The position numbers and the translations under genes are program-made. Shown in pieces: positions 1 through 9,733 of a stretch of DNA of 64,000 bases. The first letter of the stretch is position 1. Each line of letters opens with the position of its first letter. The notes under the pieces are model-generated. The model saw nothing but the letters and a program-made list of their open reading frames with translations. It made no database searches and was not told the origin of the DNA. This DNA is from Hellea sp. (GTDB lineage Bacteria > Pseudomonadota > Alphaproteobacteria > Caulobacterales > Maricaulaceae): NCBI GenBank assembly GCA_039977295.1, contig JBDWDN010000009.1:337717-401716 (forward strand), read 5' to 3'.

Positions 1-33
1 TAAAGCTATCATCAGGAATGTCTCCAGTTACGT

Positions 34-582
34 TTAAGCGCTTTTGTTTGCAGTCTTTATTTTTAAAATCATAAAGTATAGCGCAAGGAAAATAATGGCT
101 AAAACTGGTAAATAAACCTTCAGCTTGTCCCCTGCAATTTCTCCAAACACATGAAACAAACCAAATGCGATTGCGAGATAAAGAGCTGCTGATGTCGTCA
201 CAAACAGTAAGAATTTACCAAAACTGACACCAAAGAACCCTGCGCCAACATAAAAAGGAATACGCACGGCAGAGATAAATCGTGCCATGTAAAGTGATTT
301 CCCAAGGTTGCTCTCAACACTATCTCCTGCTTTTAGTATTTTTGGGTTTTGTGCATATTTTTTAGCCCAGTCTCGACTTGTCGCGGCTCGGCCAAGTCCA
401 TATTTTAAAGACGCACTCGTCGTTAGGCCTAGGCCGACAAATAGAAATCCTAATAAGGGGTTCCCGAGCCCGCTTGCACAGGCGGATGCGGCTCCAAGGA
501 TAGAAACATCTTCTTGCAAGAAGGGAAGCAAAAAAAAGCAAAGATAGAGCCCTAATTGATAGTGCTGGATGAACTCCGTCAT
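34..582 (-). CDS. DedA/VTT-family inner-membrane protein
   Basis: 182 aa, polytopic; the 'GLGRAA...RxWxxKY' region is typical of DedA/SNARE-associated (VTT) proteins. Its start overlaps the stop of the upstream gene (operon). Confidence 0.65.
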   Translation of the reverse strand: MTEFIQHYQLGLYLCFFLLPFLQEDVSILGAASACASGLGNPLLGFLFVGLGLTTSASLKYGLGRAATSRDWAKKYAQNPKILKAGDSVESNLGKSLYMARFISAVRIPFYVGAGFFGVSFGKFLLFVTTSAALYLAIAFGLFHVFGEIAGDKLKVYLPVLAIIFLALYFMILKIKTANKSA

Positions 583-977
583 GTCGTAGATACCGTCTTG
601 AGGCTGTATTTAAACAAGCCTAGGCATGTGAGGACCATCGTGAGGGAGAAAAAACATTGCGGAATACCAAAGGCACCAGGTGGACATATGTGGCCTTTCG
701 TCAACTCCAGAATGACTCCCATCAATGCCAATAAAAACACGGGAGTCCAGCCGATAAAAAAGAGTTTCTTAACCGTGCTATGTTTTAAAAACACAGCCGA
801 TAAAACGATAAGAAAATAGCCTAGAAAAACTATGATACAGGCCGGAATGGGCCCTAACATGGGACAGACCTCTCCATGTCTCATATGCTCAACTGATAGC
901 CGCCCGCCCGCCGACGTCCCAAACCCAGCCAGAGCAAGCAAAACAAAACGTGAAACGGTATAGGCAGCATTTGTCAT
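579..977 (-). CDS. small 4-TM membrane protein with two Cys pairs in loops (possible thiol-disulfide/DsbB- or VKOR-like); function unknown
   Basis: 132 aa, hydrophobic. Motifs CPMLGPIPAC and CPPGAFGIPQC lie in predicted loops. It is translationally coupled to its neighbours. Confidence 0.35.
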   Translation of the reverse strand: MTNAAYTVSRFVLLALAGFGTSAGGRLSVEHMRHGEVCPMLGPIPACIIVFLGYFLIVLSAVFLKHSTVKKLFFIGWTPVFLLALMGVILELTKGHICPPGAFGIPQCFFSLTMVLTCLGLFKYSLKTVSTT

Positions 978-981
978 CAGT

Positions 982-1650
982 TTAGGTTTTCTCTACGCTA
1001 ACGTCACGCGCCGTAAATAGCGCTAAAGCAAAGATAATAAAATGCGTGGCATTCATGGCCACAGGAAAAACATAAAGCCCAATTTTCGTTTTAAAAAAGT
1101 AGAGCGCAAACATCAACGCCAATAAGACGATTGGGCTGAATATCGCCATCCATTTCGGAAAGGCCGTTTTGCCTGTTAGAATCAATTTAATCCATAAAAT
1201 CGAGACAAGAAGCATGGCAAGACGCAGTACATTGACGAAGGGCTCATTGTGTTCCGAGAACACTGTAAGCAAGGATTTCAAATCTTGCCCCGCGGCTATT
1301 TCATGTACCGTCGTCGCCAAAAAGAACCGCTGACCGATCCACGCTGTACCGACAGCAAAAGCATAGGCACCAATAAGAAAAAAGGCTTTTGCCTGTTTTG
1401 GACCAGCCGGTTCGAGCTTTTTGGAAAGGTGCCAATAGCCCAACATGTAAAGCGGTGCAGCTAGCACCGCTATGAAATGACCAAAACTAAGGCGTTTTGC
1501 AGAGACATCATTGAAATAGAGATAATCTTTAACGTCTTCTATACCGCCACTAGGCGTAAACTGCATTGAGAACTCTCCGACCCCGACAAGTATTGCGCCA
1601 AGGCAGCCTGCTAAGCCTGCAAAGGCTATGAATTTAGATTGGCTTTCCAT
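982..1650 (-). CDS. polytopic membrane protein, unknown function
   Basis: 222 aa with several hydrophobic helices and no recognisable catalytic motif. It lies in the DoxX...DedA operon. Confidence 0.4.
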   Translation of the reverse strand: MESQSKFIAFAGLAGCLGAILVGVGEFSMQFTPSGGIEDVKDYLYFNDVSAKRLSFGHFIAVLAAPLYMLGYWHLSKKLEPAGPKQAKAFFLIGAYAFAVGTAWIGQRFFLATTVHEIAAGQDLKSLLTVFSEHNEPFVNVLRLAMLLVSILWIKLILTGKTAFPKWMAIFSPIVLLALMFALYFFKTKIGLYVFPVAMNATHFIIFALALFTARDVSVEKT

Positions 1651-1658
1651 AATCGCCT

Positions 1659-3281
1659 CTACTCCGCTGATGCTCTAATAAGGCCACCATTCTCGGGCGA
1701 TTCAAAATTACGGGTTACGCCATTTTGAAATTCAATACTGACAGAATTAGCCTTTTCAGCATCGCCAAGACCAAAGATCAAATCACGTCCCTGGTCAGAA
1801 CCAAGGCCCTGTGAGGTCAAAAGCTGTTTAGTCTGTGACATCCCATCAGAACCGAAAACTGTCACGCGTGCTCCGAGAGAGCGGGCTGTGTTTGGCAGCC
1901 TTACTTTTATCCAATTACGCTCTCCGCCTTTATTCATATAGGCCAGCGATTGACCGTCGAGATTAGCCCAAACAATATCTGGCCAGCCATCCCCATTAAA
2001 GTCAGAGACGATTGGGGCTATTCCGAATAGTGGGTTTTCTGCACCCGACGTCTTTTCAACGGGCCTGAAGATGTCGCCGTAATTTTGTAGAATTTTACCA
2101 GGATAGTGCTGAAGTAAATCATTAGCTGGGAAGCGAGCATAATTTTGCGCCGCCAACATGTCTTCACGTCCGTCAAGGTTCATATCCGCCATAACGGTGC
2201 CCCAGCCAAAGCCGTATTTAGCTGCATTCATAGCTTCAGAAGTGTCAGAGAATTTCAACCCCCCATCATTATGAAAGAGCATATAAGAGGGGTTAAACGG
2301 ATCGTCTTTTTTCAGATCCCCCCGCAGAATAGCTGGCGGTAACGTATATCCTACATTCGAGAAGTAGAGATCGACTAAACCGTCATTATCATAATCGCCA
2401 ACAGCCACGCCCATTGGGTAGGAATAGACAGAAGGGTTTTCTATAGGTGAGAATGTCATATCTCCATTATTAGAATACATTTCAACGCGGCCTGTATCTT
2501 GCGCGATGATGAGGTCACTATCTTTATCGTTGTCCAGGTCGGCGAACACGCCAAGGAATGTATTGTGCTGACGCCATACGCCCGCGTCCTTAGAAATATC
2601 GCGCCAATTACCTTCGCCTTCATTCAGGAAAAGATAGCTAAATCCGCCATAATTATCTGAAAAAATAGTCTCGCCCTGAACGAGGCCGATTTTGATATAA
2701 CCAGCGATATACATATCTGCGAGGCCGTCTTTATTGATGTCGCCAAAACCAATAGACAGCGGCGTTGTATTATCTGCGAGGTTCAATGGCAACTTCACGC
2801 TGCCGAATTGACCATTCGTGTTTTCATGAAACCAGATGCCGCTTTCGCGGGCCGTAAAGAGGTCTGTATCGCCGTCATTGTCTATATCCATTGAGGCCGC
2901 GCCGTGAGTGGCATCAACAGAATCTTTAGAAAAATTCAAAGAAAGTCTCTCAAACCTTTCATTTTTAAAAGCAAACATCGCATCAGCTTGGTCATTACCG
3001 CCGCCTAGGAACAGCTCGTCCCGTCCATCCCCGTCTATGTCCAGCGCCGCACTTGCGAGAAACGGTAGAGAATTTACCAAATCAGCTTTGTGCACGAAGG
3101 GGAGTTCTGCGGCCTCAAAAGCTAAGTCAGTCTCACCTTGCGGTGTTTTCTCAGCTTGCCAAAACCTGAGAGCGCCAAATGCACTGAATAGAGCAAAGAC
3201 AAGAACACCAATCAGAATGACGATTCCGCACCATATTAAAGCAAGTTTCCCAGTGTGCATTTTTTTATGAGTTTCAGGCAT
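1659..3281 (-). CDS. FG-GAP/VCBS-repeat protein with C-terminal ASPIC/UnbV domain (CRTAC1-like)
   Basis: 540 aa with an N-terminal TM/signal anchor. It has at least seven Ca-binding-like repeats (DIDGDGRDELF, DIDNDGDTDLF, GDINKDGLADMY, DLDNDKDSDLI, GDYDNDGLVDLY, DMNLDGREDML, SDFNGDGWPDIV) and an UnbV/ASPIC-like C-terminus. Confidence 0.7.
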   Translation of the reverse strand: MPETHKKMHTGKLALIWCGIVILIGVLVFALFSAFGALRFWQAEKTPQGETDLAFEAAELPFVHKADLVNSLPFLASAALDIDGDGRDELFLGGGNDQADAMFAFKNERFERLSLNFSKDSVDATHGAASMDIDNDGDTDLFTARESGIWFHENTNGQFGSVKLPLNLADNTTPLSIGFGDINKDGLADMYIAGYIKIGLVQGETIFSDNYGGFSYLFLNEGEGNWRDISKDAGVWRQHNTFLGVFADLDNDKDSDLIIAQDTGRVEMYSNNGDMTFSPIENPSVYSYPMGVAVGDYDNDGLVDLYFSNVGYTLPPAILRGDLKKDDPFNPSYMLFHNDGGLKFSDTSEAMNAAKYGFGWGTVMADMNLDGREDMLAAQNYARFPANDLLQHYPGKILQNYGDIFRPVEKTSGAENPLFGIAPIVSDFNGDGWPDIVWANLDGQSLAYMNKGGERNWIKVRLPNTARSLGARVTVFGSDGMSQTKQLLTSQGLGSDQGRDLIFGLGDAEKANSVSIEFQNGVTRNFESPENGGLIRASAE

Positions 3282-3678
3282 CTTTTTTTCCTAACAAAAG
3301 GGTGTAACCTTGCTTTCGTAGCAAGAAAAACAGAGTTGCATTTAGTGCAAGCAGAGCCAACGCCATAATAAACAGGCTATGCCCCATACCTGGAACGTTT
3401 ATGCCAAGCCATGGAGAGAGGTGAAACCCAATTGCTCCAGCAAGAACGGCAAGTCCACCCAGTGCGCCTAATAGACGAGTTCGCGGCACCAAGATGAGAA
3501 TAGCCGTTATAATTTCTGCCACGCCCGTTAGCATTCTTACCACAGGTTCAAATATCGAAATGCCGGACTTTTCTGCAATCACAGAGAAGATCGGGTTGGA
3601 AGCTCCGAATTTCTGCAAGCCAAAAAACAAAAATCCAGCCGTCACAGCTAGTGATAAGGCTATTACTAATTTTCTCAT
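3274..3678 (-). CDS. DoxX-family membrane protein
   Basis: 134 aa with four hydrophobic segments in a DoxX-like arrangement. Its stop overlaps the start of the CRTAC1-like gene. Confidence 0.6.
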   Translation of the reverse strand: MRKLVIALSLAVTAGFLFFGLQKFGASNPIFSVIAEKSGISIFEPVVRMLTGVAEIITAILILVPRTRLLGALGGLAVLAGAIGFHLSPWLGINVPGMGHSLFIMALALLALNATLFFLLRKQGYTLLLGKKDA

Positions 3679-3864
3679 GCGAAACCTCCCGGGGCAACAT
3701 TAATAAGGAAAAACTTTAGTTCAACTAAATATCAGACGTTCATATTAGGGACTAGGTTACATTATTATTATAAAAATATATTCGATATTTTGCAAATCGC
3801 CGTGATAGATTTAATTAAATCTAGTCAAACAGACACCCTCATGTGAGGCAAAAGGAACACTTTA

Positions 3865-4533
3865 ATGATAGCCGCTTTTTCTCTCCTCTTAATTTTTGCA
3901 ATTTCATTCTTTCTTGTTCGCCTCGCCTCAGTTGCCCTTAGATTGACAGGTCTTCCTGAGCAAAATGCCAGATTTCAGGCCATGTCGGCATTAACAGGAA
4001 CAGGCTTCACGACGACCGAGGCTGAAATGGTCGTAAACTACCCCATTAGGCGTAAGATAATTTCCTGGCTCATGGTTTTCGGAAATTTAGGCATTGTGTC
4101 TGTTTTATCAACCTTAATGATATCTTTCATTCATATAGATGCAGATATGCATTCTATATTGCTACAGCTAGCATGGATGATCGGGATGACCATTTTGTTC
4201 TTTGTGATTATGCTCAACCCTCTTGTTGACGGACTGATTTGCGGCTTAATTGGTTTCGTGCTCGAAAAATGCACCTTTCTGGGGGGACGTCATTACCGAA
4301 GACTGTTGCAGTTGGGGAATGAGCTTAGCATTAGTGAGCATCAATTCTTTGCTAGTGAGAGCCTTAGCCCAGATAAAGTAATGGCTGAGCTAGGCAATTT
4401 TTCTGTGCTGGCAGTCAAACGTAAAACAGGAAAAACGGAAGCTTATTCTCTTGATATGGGCCTCATTAATCCAGGAGACAGCCTAATTTTATTCGGTCAT
4501 GACAATGCGCATGATGGCTTCAAGGCTTCGTAA
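3865..4533 (+). CDS. ion-channel-like membrane protein with C-terminal TrkA-C (RCK_C)-like domain
   Basis: 222 aa. N-terminal TM helices carry a pore-like TGTGFTT segment, and the C-terminal ~70 aa resemble a TrkA-C regulatory domain. Confidence 0.45.
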   Translation: MIAAFSLLLIFAISFFLVRLASVALRLTGLPEQNARFQAMSALTGTGFTTTEAEMVVNYPIRRKIISWLMVFGNLGIVSVLSTLMISFIHIDADMHSILLQLAWMIGMTILFFVIMLNPLVDGLICGLIGFVLEKCTFLGGRHYRRLLQLGNELSISEHQFFASESLSPDKVMAELGNFSVLAVKRKTGKTEAYSLDMGLINPGDSLILFGHDNAHDGFKAS

Positions 4534-4539
4534 ATAGCC

Positions 4540-4884
4540 TTATTTGTTTTGATTGCCCCTCACGTCAAGGATGGCATCAATGAGATCTTGCGGCACGGCA
4601 TTAGGGACATCAATATCCTCATAAGGGAGTATATGACTTTCCGCTTTATATGCCGCAATATAGGTCTTTAGGAAGTTTCTGCACATGGGGCAGACGCGCA
4701 TGTGACGCTGAAATAATATGACTTGTTTTTCCGTCAGATCACCCTCGACATAATCATAGATAAAATCATTGAATTCACGGCATGTAATCATTCGAGGTGA
4801 TACACGCAAATACCAGCCGCCGATTGGCATAACAGGCCGCATTAAAACGTCGAGCCTTAATAGCTTTAATACATCGCTGATCAT
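4540..4884 (-). CDS. zinc-binding anti-sigma factor (ZAS, zf-HC2 type)
   Basis: The C...H-x3-C-x2-C motif (C36...HMRVCPMC) is present. A 4-bp ATGA overlap links it to the upstream ECF sigma gene, and a GGGGG Shine-Dalgarno sits 5 nt before the ATG. Confidence 0.6.
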   Translation of the reverse strand: MISDVLKLLRLDVLMRPVMPIGGWYLRVSPRMITCREFNDFIYDYVEGDLTEKQVILFQRHMRVCPMCRNFLKTYIAAYKAESHILPYEDIDVPNAVPQDLIDAILDVRGNQNK

Positions 4885-5519
4885 GACTTGCCCCCGTTTT
4901 GATAGGGGAAAAAATACTTGCCCAGACTGAGTTTCAGCTTCATGCGGGCGCGATGAATTCTAACTTTTGCATTGCTCTCTGAGATTTCTAACATTTCCGA
5001 AATCTCAATAATTGAAAATTCCTCATGATCTTTCATCAATAAGGGAATTCTATATATATCTGGCAACTCTTCGATAGCTTTGTTAAGTCGTTGAAGATTC
5101 TCTTTCTTCATAATATCTTGTTCAGGCGTAGACATTTCTGCCCATAAAGGCGCGTTTAAAAGGCCAGCACTATTATAAGAAACGATGTCGTCAATGTCGG
5201 CATAAAAATCTGGCATCCGTTTGTTTTTCCGTAAAACATCCAAAGCTTTGTGAGTAATGATACGGTTTATCCAGCTGTTTAATGCATTTATATCTCGAAC
5301 TGCATTTAACTTTCTGTAAGCAGATAAAATACCATCTTGCACAGCATCTTCGGCTAGGCTTTGGCACTTCACATAACCGTATGCTCTCTTGATGTAGCGC
5401 CCATAATTAGCGTTTACCACGTTCATGAAGTGGTCATGGGATATGAGCGGCGATGTCTCAATTAATGAGGGATCATCGTCTGTTTTATTTTTTGGTGTGT
5501 TTTCACTTGTCCCACTCAT
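4881..5519 (-). CDS. ECF-type RNA polymerase sigma-70 factor
   Basis: 212 aa with sigma-70 region 2 and a region-4 HTH (...SNAKVRIHRARMKLK). It is co-transcribed with the anti-sigma gene. Confidence 0.8.
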   Translation of the reverse strand: MSGTSENTPKNKTDDDPSLIETSPLISHDHFMNVVNANYGRYIKRAYGYVKCQSLAEDAVQDGILSAYRKLNAVRDINALNSWINRIITHKALDVLRKNKRMPDFYADIDDIVSYNSAGLLNAPLWAEMSTPEQDIMKKENLQRLNKAIEELPDIYRIPLLMKDHEEFSIIEISEMLEISESNAKVRIHRARMKLKLSLGKYFFPYQNGGKS

Positions 5520-5803
5520 GAGCCGTAAGGATTATTCTAAATTTAGTTATACTCAAGAGAATAATGTAATACTGGGGAGATAGCTTTGTCATTATTACTG
5601 AACTCTCAAATATTAATTGTAACCTATGAGTTCGGAAATCGTCTTATCTACTTACGCCGTCAGGCTTTGGAGGACATCAGTATCACAATAAACAGCACAT
5701 ATATGGAAGATTCGCAAAGGACTCAAATTCATGGTAACCGCGTTCCTCACAACCTCGTCGCAACGATATTTAGAAAGTTCCCAATTCTCATAGGTGCACC
5801 CAC

Positions 5804-7780
5804 ATGAAAACCGATTTAGTATGGCATAAAGTTGCAGATGTTGCGGAGCTCCCCGAAGGCCGCGTTATGTCGGCCAAAGCCGGTATACGCACTGTCGCAC
5901 TGTCTCATTTTGACGACCAATACGCAGCCATGGACAATAAGTGTCCCCATCAAGGCGGCCCACTCGGCGAAGGGTCCATTGAAAAAGGCGTTGACGGACA
6001 GTGCTGGATCCGGTGCCCTTGGCATGGCTGGGATTTCGACCCTTTGACTGGCAAACCGCCTGGAGGTCATGAAGATAGCGGTCAAGAAACTTATCCCGTT
6101 GAAGTCCGCGATGACGGTATCTATGTCGCCCTCGAAGCTGAGCCAGAGCACACCCGCACGGTAACTGACGTCATGGCTGAGACGATGGTAAATTGGGGCG
6201 TGACCTCAGTTTTCGGTATGGTTGGGCATTCCAATCTTGGCTTAGCAGATGCCATTCGCAGACGCTGCGTTGATGGCGAAATGAATTATTACGGCATTCG
6301 CCATGAAGGCGCAGCATCATTTGCCTGTTCTGGCTATGCGAAATTAACAGGATTACCCGCAGCATGCCTTGCCATCGCCGGACCGGGTGCCACTAATTTA
6401 ATGACTGGATTATGGGATGCCAAAGTCGACCGAGCCCCGCTACTGGCCTTAACGGGTCAAGTCCAAGTACAGGTATTTGGCCCCGGCGCGTTTCAAGACA
6501 TTGATTTGAAAGCCGCCTTCGCGCCTGTTACAAAATTTAGTCAAAATGTGTTGAGTTCTTCCCATCATGCAGAGCTTGCAAATCTTGCCTGCAAATCATC
6601 ACTTGATAATCGCGATGTCGCCCATTTGATTTTCCCTGACGATGTTCAGACCCTGCCAGCAGCGAAAGATGCTAAAGCAGGCTCCCCCTCTGGGCGCATG
6701 GCGAATATGAATGTCGCGCCTTCTGCGGAAAGCTTAAATGCGGCAATCGACCAACTGAAATCTTCAAAGCAACCTCTCATCATTGTGGGATATGGCGCGA
6801 AAACGGCGATGAATGACATTGTAAAATTTGCTGAACTGCTGAATATTCCCGTTGCCACGACATTTAAAGCTAAGGGCCAAATCGCTGACAGCCACCCCTT
6901 GGCGGCGGGCGTTCTAGGCCGTTCAGGGACACCTATTGCGAGTTGGTTCATGAATGAATGCGATGTCATTCTTGCTCTAGGGGCCTCCTTTTCAAACCAT
7001 ACGGGAATCGAAAAATCAAAACCCATTATTCAAGTCGATTTTGACCCTGCACAACTCGGGCGTTTCCACCCTATTGAGGTGCCCGTGCTTGGGGAAATTG
7101 GTATCACCACGCGCGCCCTCACAGTGGCTCTGGCAGGTCATCAAACACAGGACCAGCGCGAGGAAGTTGCGGAACGCTGGAAAATTTGGCGAAGTGAGAA
7201 GAAAAGCCGTCTTGAAGATGATAACAATAAGGGCCTTAATTCTGCATCGATATTTGCAGAGCTAACCAAACTTATCCCAAATGACGCCGTCATTGCTGTT
7301 GATGTTGGCAATAATACTTATTCCTTTGGACGATATTTTGAGTGCGCCCAACAAAGTGTTCTTATGTCAGGATATTTGGGCTCAATCGGTTTCTCATTCC
7401 CGGCTGCCATGGGAGCTTGGGCTGCGACGCAAGACCAAGACGCTTATAAAGGCCGTAAAGTTGTTTCCATAAGCGGCGATGGCGGGTTTGGGCAATATGC
7501 AATGGAATTCACCACAGCCGTAAAATACGGCATGAATGTCACGCATATCCTTTTGAATAATTCCCAGCTTGGAAAAATATCTAAAGAGCAACGCGCCGGT
7601 GATTGGGATGTTTGGCAAACAGATTTGCATAATCTAAGTTTTGCCGGTTTCGCCCGTGCCAGCGGCGGGCATGGCACAAAAGTTACTAAAATCGAAGACC
7701 TCGCCAAAGCCGTTAGTGAGGCGCTCGCACATAACGGCCCGTCACTTGTAGAAATTATCTCTGATCCTGATTTAATCTAG
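5804..7780 (+). CDS. Rieske [2Fe-2S] domain fused to thiamine-pyrophosphate enzyme (acetolactate synthase/pyruvate oxidase-like)
   Basis: N-terminal CPHQGGPL...CPWHGW (Rieske CxH...CxxH motif). Downstream are TPP N-, middle and C-domains (GPGATNLMTGL, ISGDGGFGQ...NNSQLG). Confidence 0.8.
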   Translation: MKTDLVWHKVADVAELPEGRVMSAKAGIRTVALSHFDDQYAAMDNKCPHQGGPLGEGSIEKGVDGQCWIRCPWHGWDFDPLTGKPPGGHEDSGQETYPVEVRDDGIYVALEAEPEHTRTVTDVMAETMVNWGVTSVFGMVGHSNLGLADAIRRRCVDGEMNYYGIRHEGAASFACSGYAKLTGLPAACLAIAGPGATNLMTGLWDAKVDRAPLLALTGQVQVQVFGPGAFQDIDLKAAFAPVTKFSQNVLSSSHHAELANLACKSSLDNRDVAHLIFPDDVQTLPAAKDAKAGSPSGRMANMNVAPSAESLNAAIDQLKSSKQPLIIVGYGAKTAMNDIVKFAELLNIPVATTFKAKGQIADSHPLAAGVLGRSGTPIASWFMNECDVILALGASFSNHTGIEKSKPIIQVDFDPAQLGRFHPIEVPVLGEIGITTRALTVALAGHQTQDQREEVAERWKIWRSEKKSRLEDDNNKGLNSASIFAELTKLIPNDAVIAVDVGNNTYSFGRYFECAQQSVLMSGYLGSIGFSFPAAMGAWAATQDQDAYKGRKVVSISGDGGFGQYAMEFTTAVKYGMNVTHILLNNSQLGKISKEQRAGDWDVWQTDLHNLSFAGFARASGGHGTKVTKIEDLAKAVSEALAHNGPSLVEIISDPDLI

Positions 7781-7825
7781 CTTCGCCATACAACCTAATG
7801 CCCGCAAACTAAAAGAAAGACTATT

Positions 7826-9442
7826 ATGAAGCCCATTGTTATCGCCAAATGGAATCACCTTGAAGACCGCAAACCGGCGGGGGCGATTGTCGCCAATGTT
7901 GATTTGGTTATCGTCCGTTATGAAGACAATGTCTCGGTTTTATATGGGCGGTGCCTCCATAGAGGAGCCTTACTTGAAGACGGCCATGTCGACGGCGACA
8001 ACCTCATTTGCGGCGTGCATAATTGGGACTTCCGTATCGATACGGGCGTGAGTGAATATGACAATAAAGAAGCGCTGAATAAATTTAAGGCGTGGGTCGA
8101 AGACGGCAAAGTCTATGTGGACGAAGACGAAGTTTCAGCGTGGCATATAGATAATCCGCAGCCTTATAATAGAGAGAGTTACCTCGGGCAATATGCCGAC
8201 CCCTCACATGGTGATCCTGCGGAGCCTTACACAGGTCTTATTCAGTCATATGCGCGGGACGGCCTGTCTAAAACGGGGCATCACGGCGCGAGTGCGGCCA
8301 TGGGCGTGCCGCTAAATGAGCTGCCGCGCTGGGAAGATATTCAATTCATCACAGCACAACTTCATAAAGTTCCCTTACTTGACGACGATCCCGTCAATAC
8401 AAAGACAATCATTGGGCCACGCGCTAAAAAGCCTCTTGAACTCGACATTCCCCTATTCGTTTCAGATATGAGTTTCGGCGCTTTGTCAGCATCAGCCAAA
8501 GTCGCCTTAGCCATGGGCGCAGAAAAAGCTGGCACGGGTATATGTTCTGGTGAAGGCGGAATGTTGCCTGAGGAACAAGAGGCCAATAGTCGTTATTTTT
8601 ATGAGCTCGCCTCAGCGCGTTTTGGCTTTTCAATGGATAAACTTTCGAAAGTTCAAGCCTTCCACTTCAAAGGCGGCCAAGGCGCAAAAACTGGAACAGG
8701 CGGGCATCTGCCAGGAGAAAAGGTCAAGGGCGCTATCGCCAAGGTTCGAGGTTTGCCCGAGGGAGAGACAGCGATTTCACCTTCGCGCTTTCCGGAATGG
8801 ACGACGACAGCTCAAATTAAAGATTTTGCCGCTGATGTCCGCGAGTTTACAGGCGGTATTCCGGTCGGTTATAAGCTCTCAGCTCAGCACATCGAAAAAG
8901 ATATTGATGCGGCCTTAGAGGTTGGCGTTGATTACATTATTCTGGATGGTCGTGGCGGCGGTACAGGGTCCGCGCCTCTTATTTTCCGTGATAATATTTC
9001 CGTTCCGACCATTCCTGCGCTTGCGAGAGCCCGAAGGTATCTTGACAGCACTGGAAACAAAGACGTCACACTCGTTATTACCGGCGGTCTGCGAACACCC
9101 GCAGATTTCGCCAAAGCGTTAGCATTAGGCGCCGACGCAATTGCGGTCTCTAATTCAGCACTACAAGCTATCGGGTGCCTTGGCATGAGAGCGTGCCATA
9201 CGAATAATTGCCCAGTGGGTATCGCGACACAAAAAGAGCATCTGGTTGCCAGGTTGATTGCTGAGAAATCGGCTGAGCAACTCACGCGTTTCTTCGACAC
9301 ATCCGTATCGTTGATGAAGATACTTGCGCGGGCCTGTGGCCATGACGATTTCAGTCAGTTTAATCCGGATGATCTTGTGACATGGAAGCGTGATATGTCC
9401 GATTTATCGGGCGTGAACTTCGGCGGGATTGGATATAAATAA
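7826..9442 (+). CDS. Rieske [2Fe-2S] domain fused to glutamate-synthase-like FMN/Fe-S domain (GltB domain-2-like)
   Basis: N-terminal CLHRGALL...CGVHNW. The C-terminal ~400 aa match the glutamate synthase FMN domain (GGEGG..., LVITGGLRTPADFAKALALGADAIAVSNSAL, CHTNNCPVGIATQ). Confidence 0.75.
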   Translation: MKPIVIAKWNHLEDRKPAGAIVANVDLVIVRYEDNVSVLYGRCLHRGALLEDGHVDGDNLICGVHNWDFRIDTGVSEYDNKEALNKFKAWVEDGKVYVDEDEVSAWHIDNPQPYNRESYLGQYADPSHGDPAEPYTGLIQSYARDGLSKTGHHGASAAMGVPLNELPRWEDIQFITAQLHKVPLLDDDPVNTKTIIGPRAKKPLELDIPLFVSDMSFGALSASAKVALAMGAEKAGTGICSGEGGMLPEEQEANSRYFYELASARFGFSMDKLSKVQAFHFKGGQGAKTGTGGHLPGEKVKGAIAKVRGLPEGETAISPSRFPEWTTTAQIKDFAADVREFTGGIPVGYKLSAQHIEKDIDAALEVGVDYIILDGRGGGTGSAPLIFRDNISVPTIPALARARRYLDSTGNKDVTLVITGGLRTPADFAKALALGADAIAVSNSALQAIGCLGMRACHTNNCPVGIATQKEHLVARLIAEKSAEQLTRFFDTSVSLMKILARACGHDDFSQFNPDDLVTWKRDMSDLSGVNFGGIGYK

Positions 9443-9633
9443 TGCTAAATATTGCCCAGTATATTTCTTACGGTTTGGGCGGTTACGTCCTGATCGGATT
9501 AGTCTTCGCGCTCTATTTCGTGACGCGCGGTGTTCGTAATGAAGCCATCGCGGGAAAGAGTTTGATCCTCCGTATATTGCTTCTACCCGGCGCCGTGTTG
9601 TTGTGGCCTGTTTTACTCAAGGCAAGATCATGA
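9442..9633 (+). CDS. small membrane protein (63 aa)
   Basis: Two hydrophobic helices; translationally coupled within the operon. Confidence 0.3.
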   Translation: MLNIAQYISYGLGGYVLIGLVFALYFVTRGVRNEAIAGKSLILRILLLPGAVLLWPVLLKARS

Positions 9634-9733
9634 AGCGCGCGCACCGCCAAGTGCATAACATTATTTGGTTGATACTTCCCTTAGTGTTGATCACGATTTT
9701 ATGGATGGCCTTTGGCATCCATGGGAGCCAATT

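Noticed and set aside
4791-4884. Alternative downstream start (MITCREF...) for the anti-sigma factor, giving a canonical ~83-aa ZAS protein.
   Set aside because: The sequence upstream of that ATG is CACCTC (anti-Shine-Dalgarno), whereas the 4884 ATG has a GGGGG RBS and overlaps the sigma stop. The longer ORF is retained.
5520-5803. ECF-type promoter (GGAAC-N16-17-GTC) for sigma-factor autoregulation in the divergent intergenic region.
   Set aside because: A GGAAC (on the minus strand, ~230 bp upstream of the sigma start) and a GTAACC (plus strand) are present, but spacing and -10 matches are ambiguous. This is too weak to call as a feature without a consensus for this specific ECF group.
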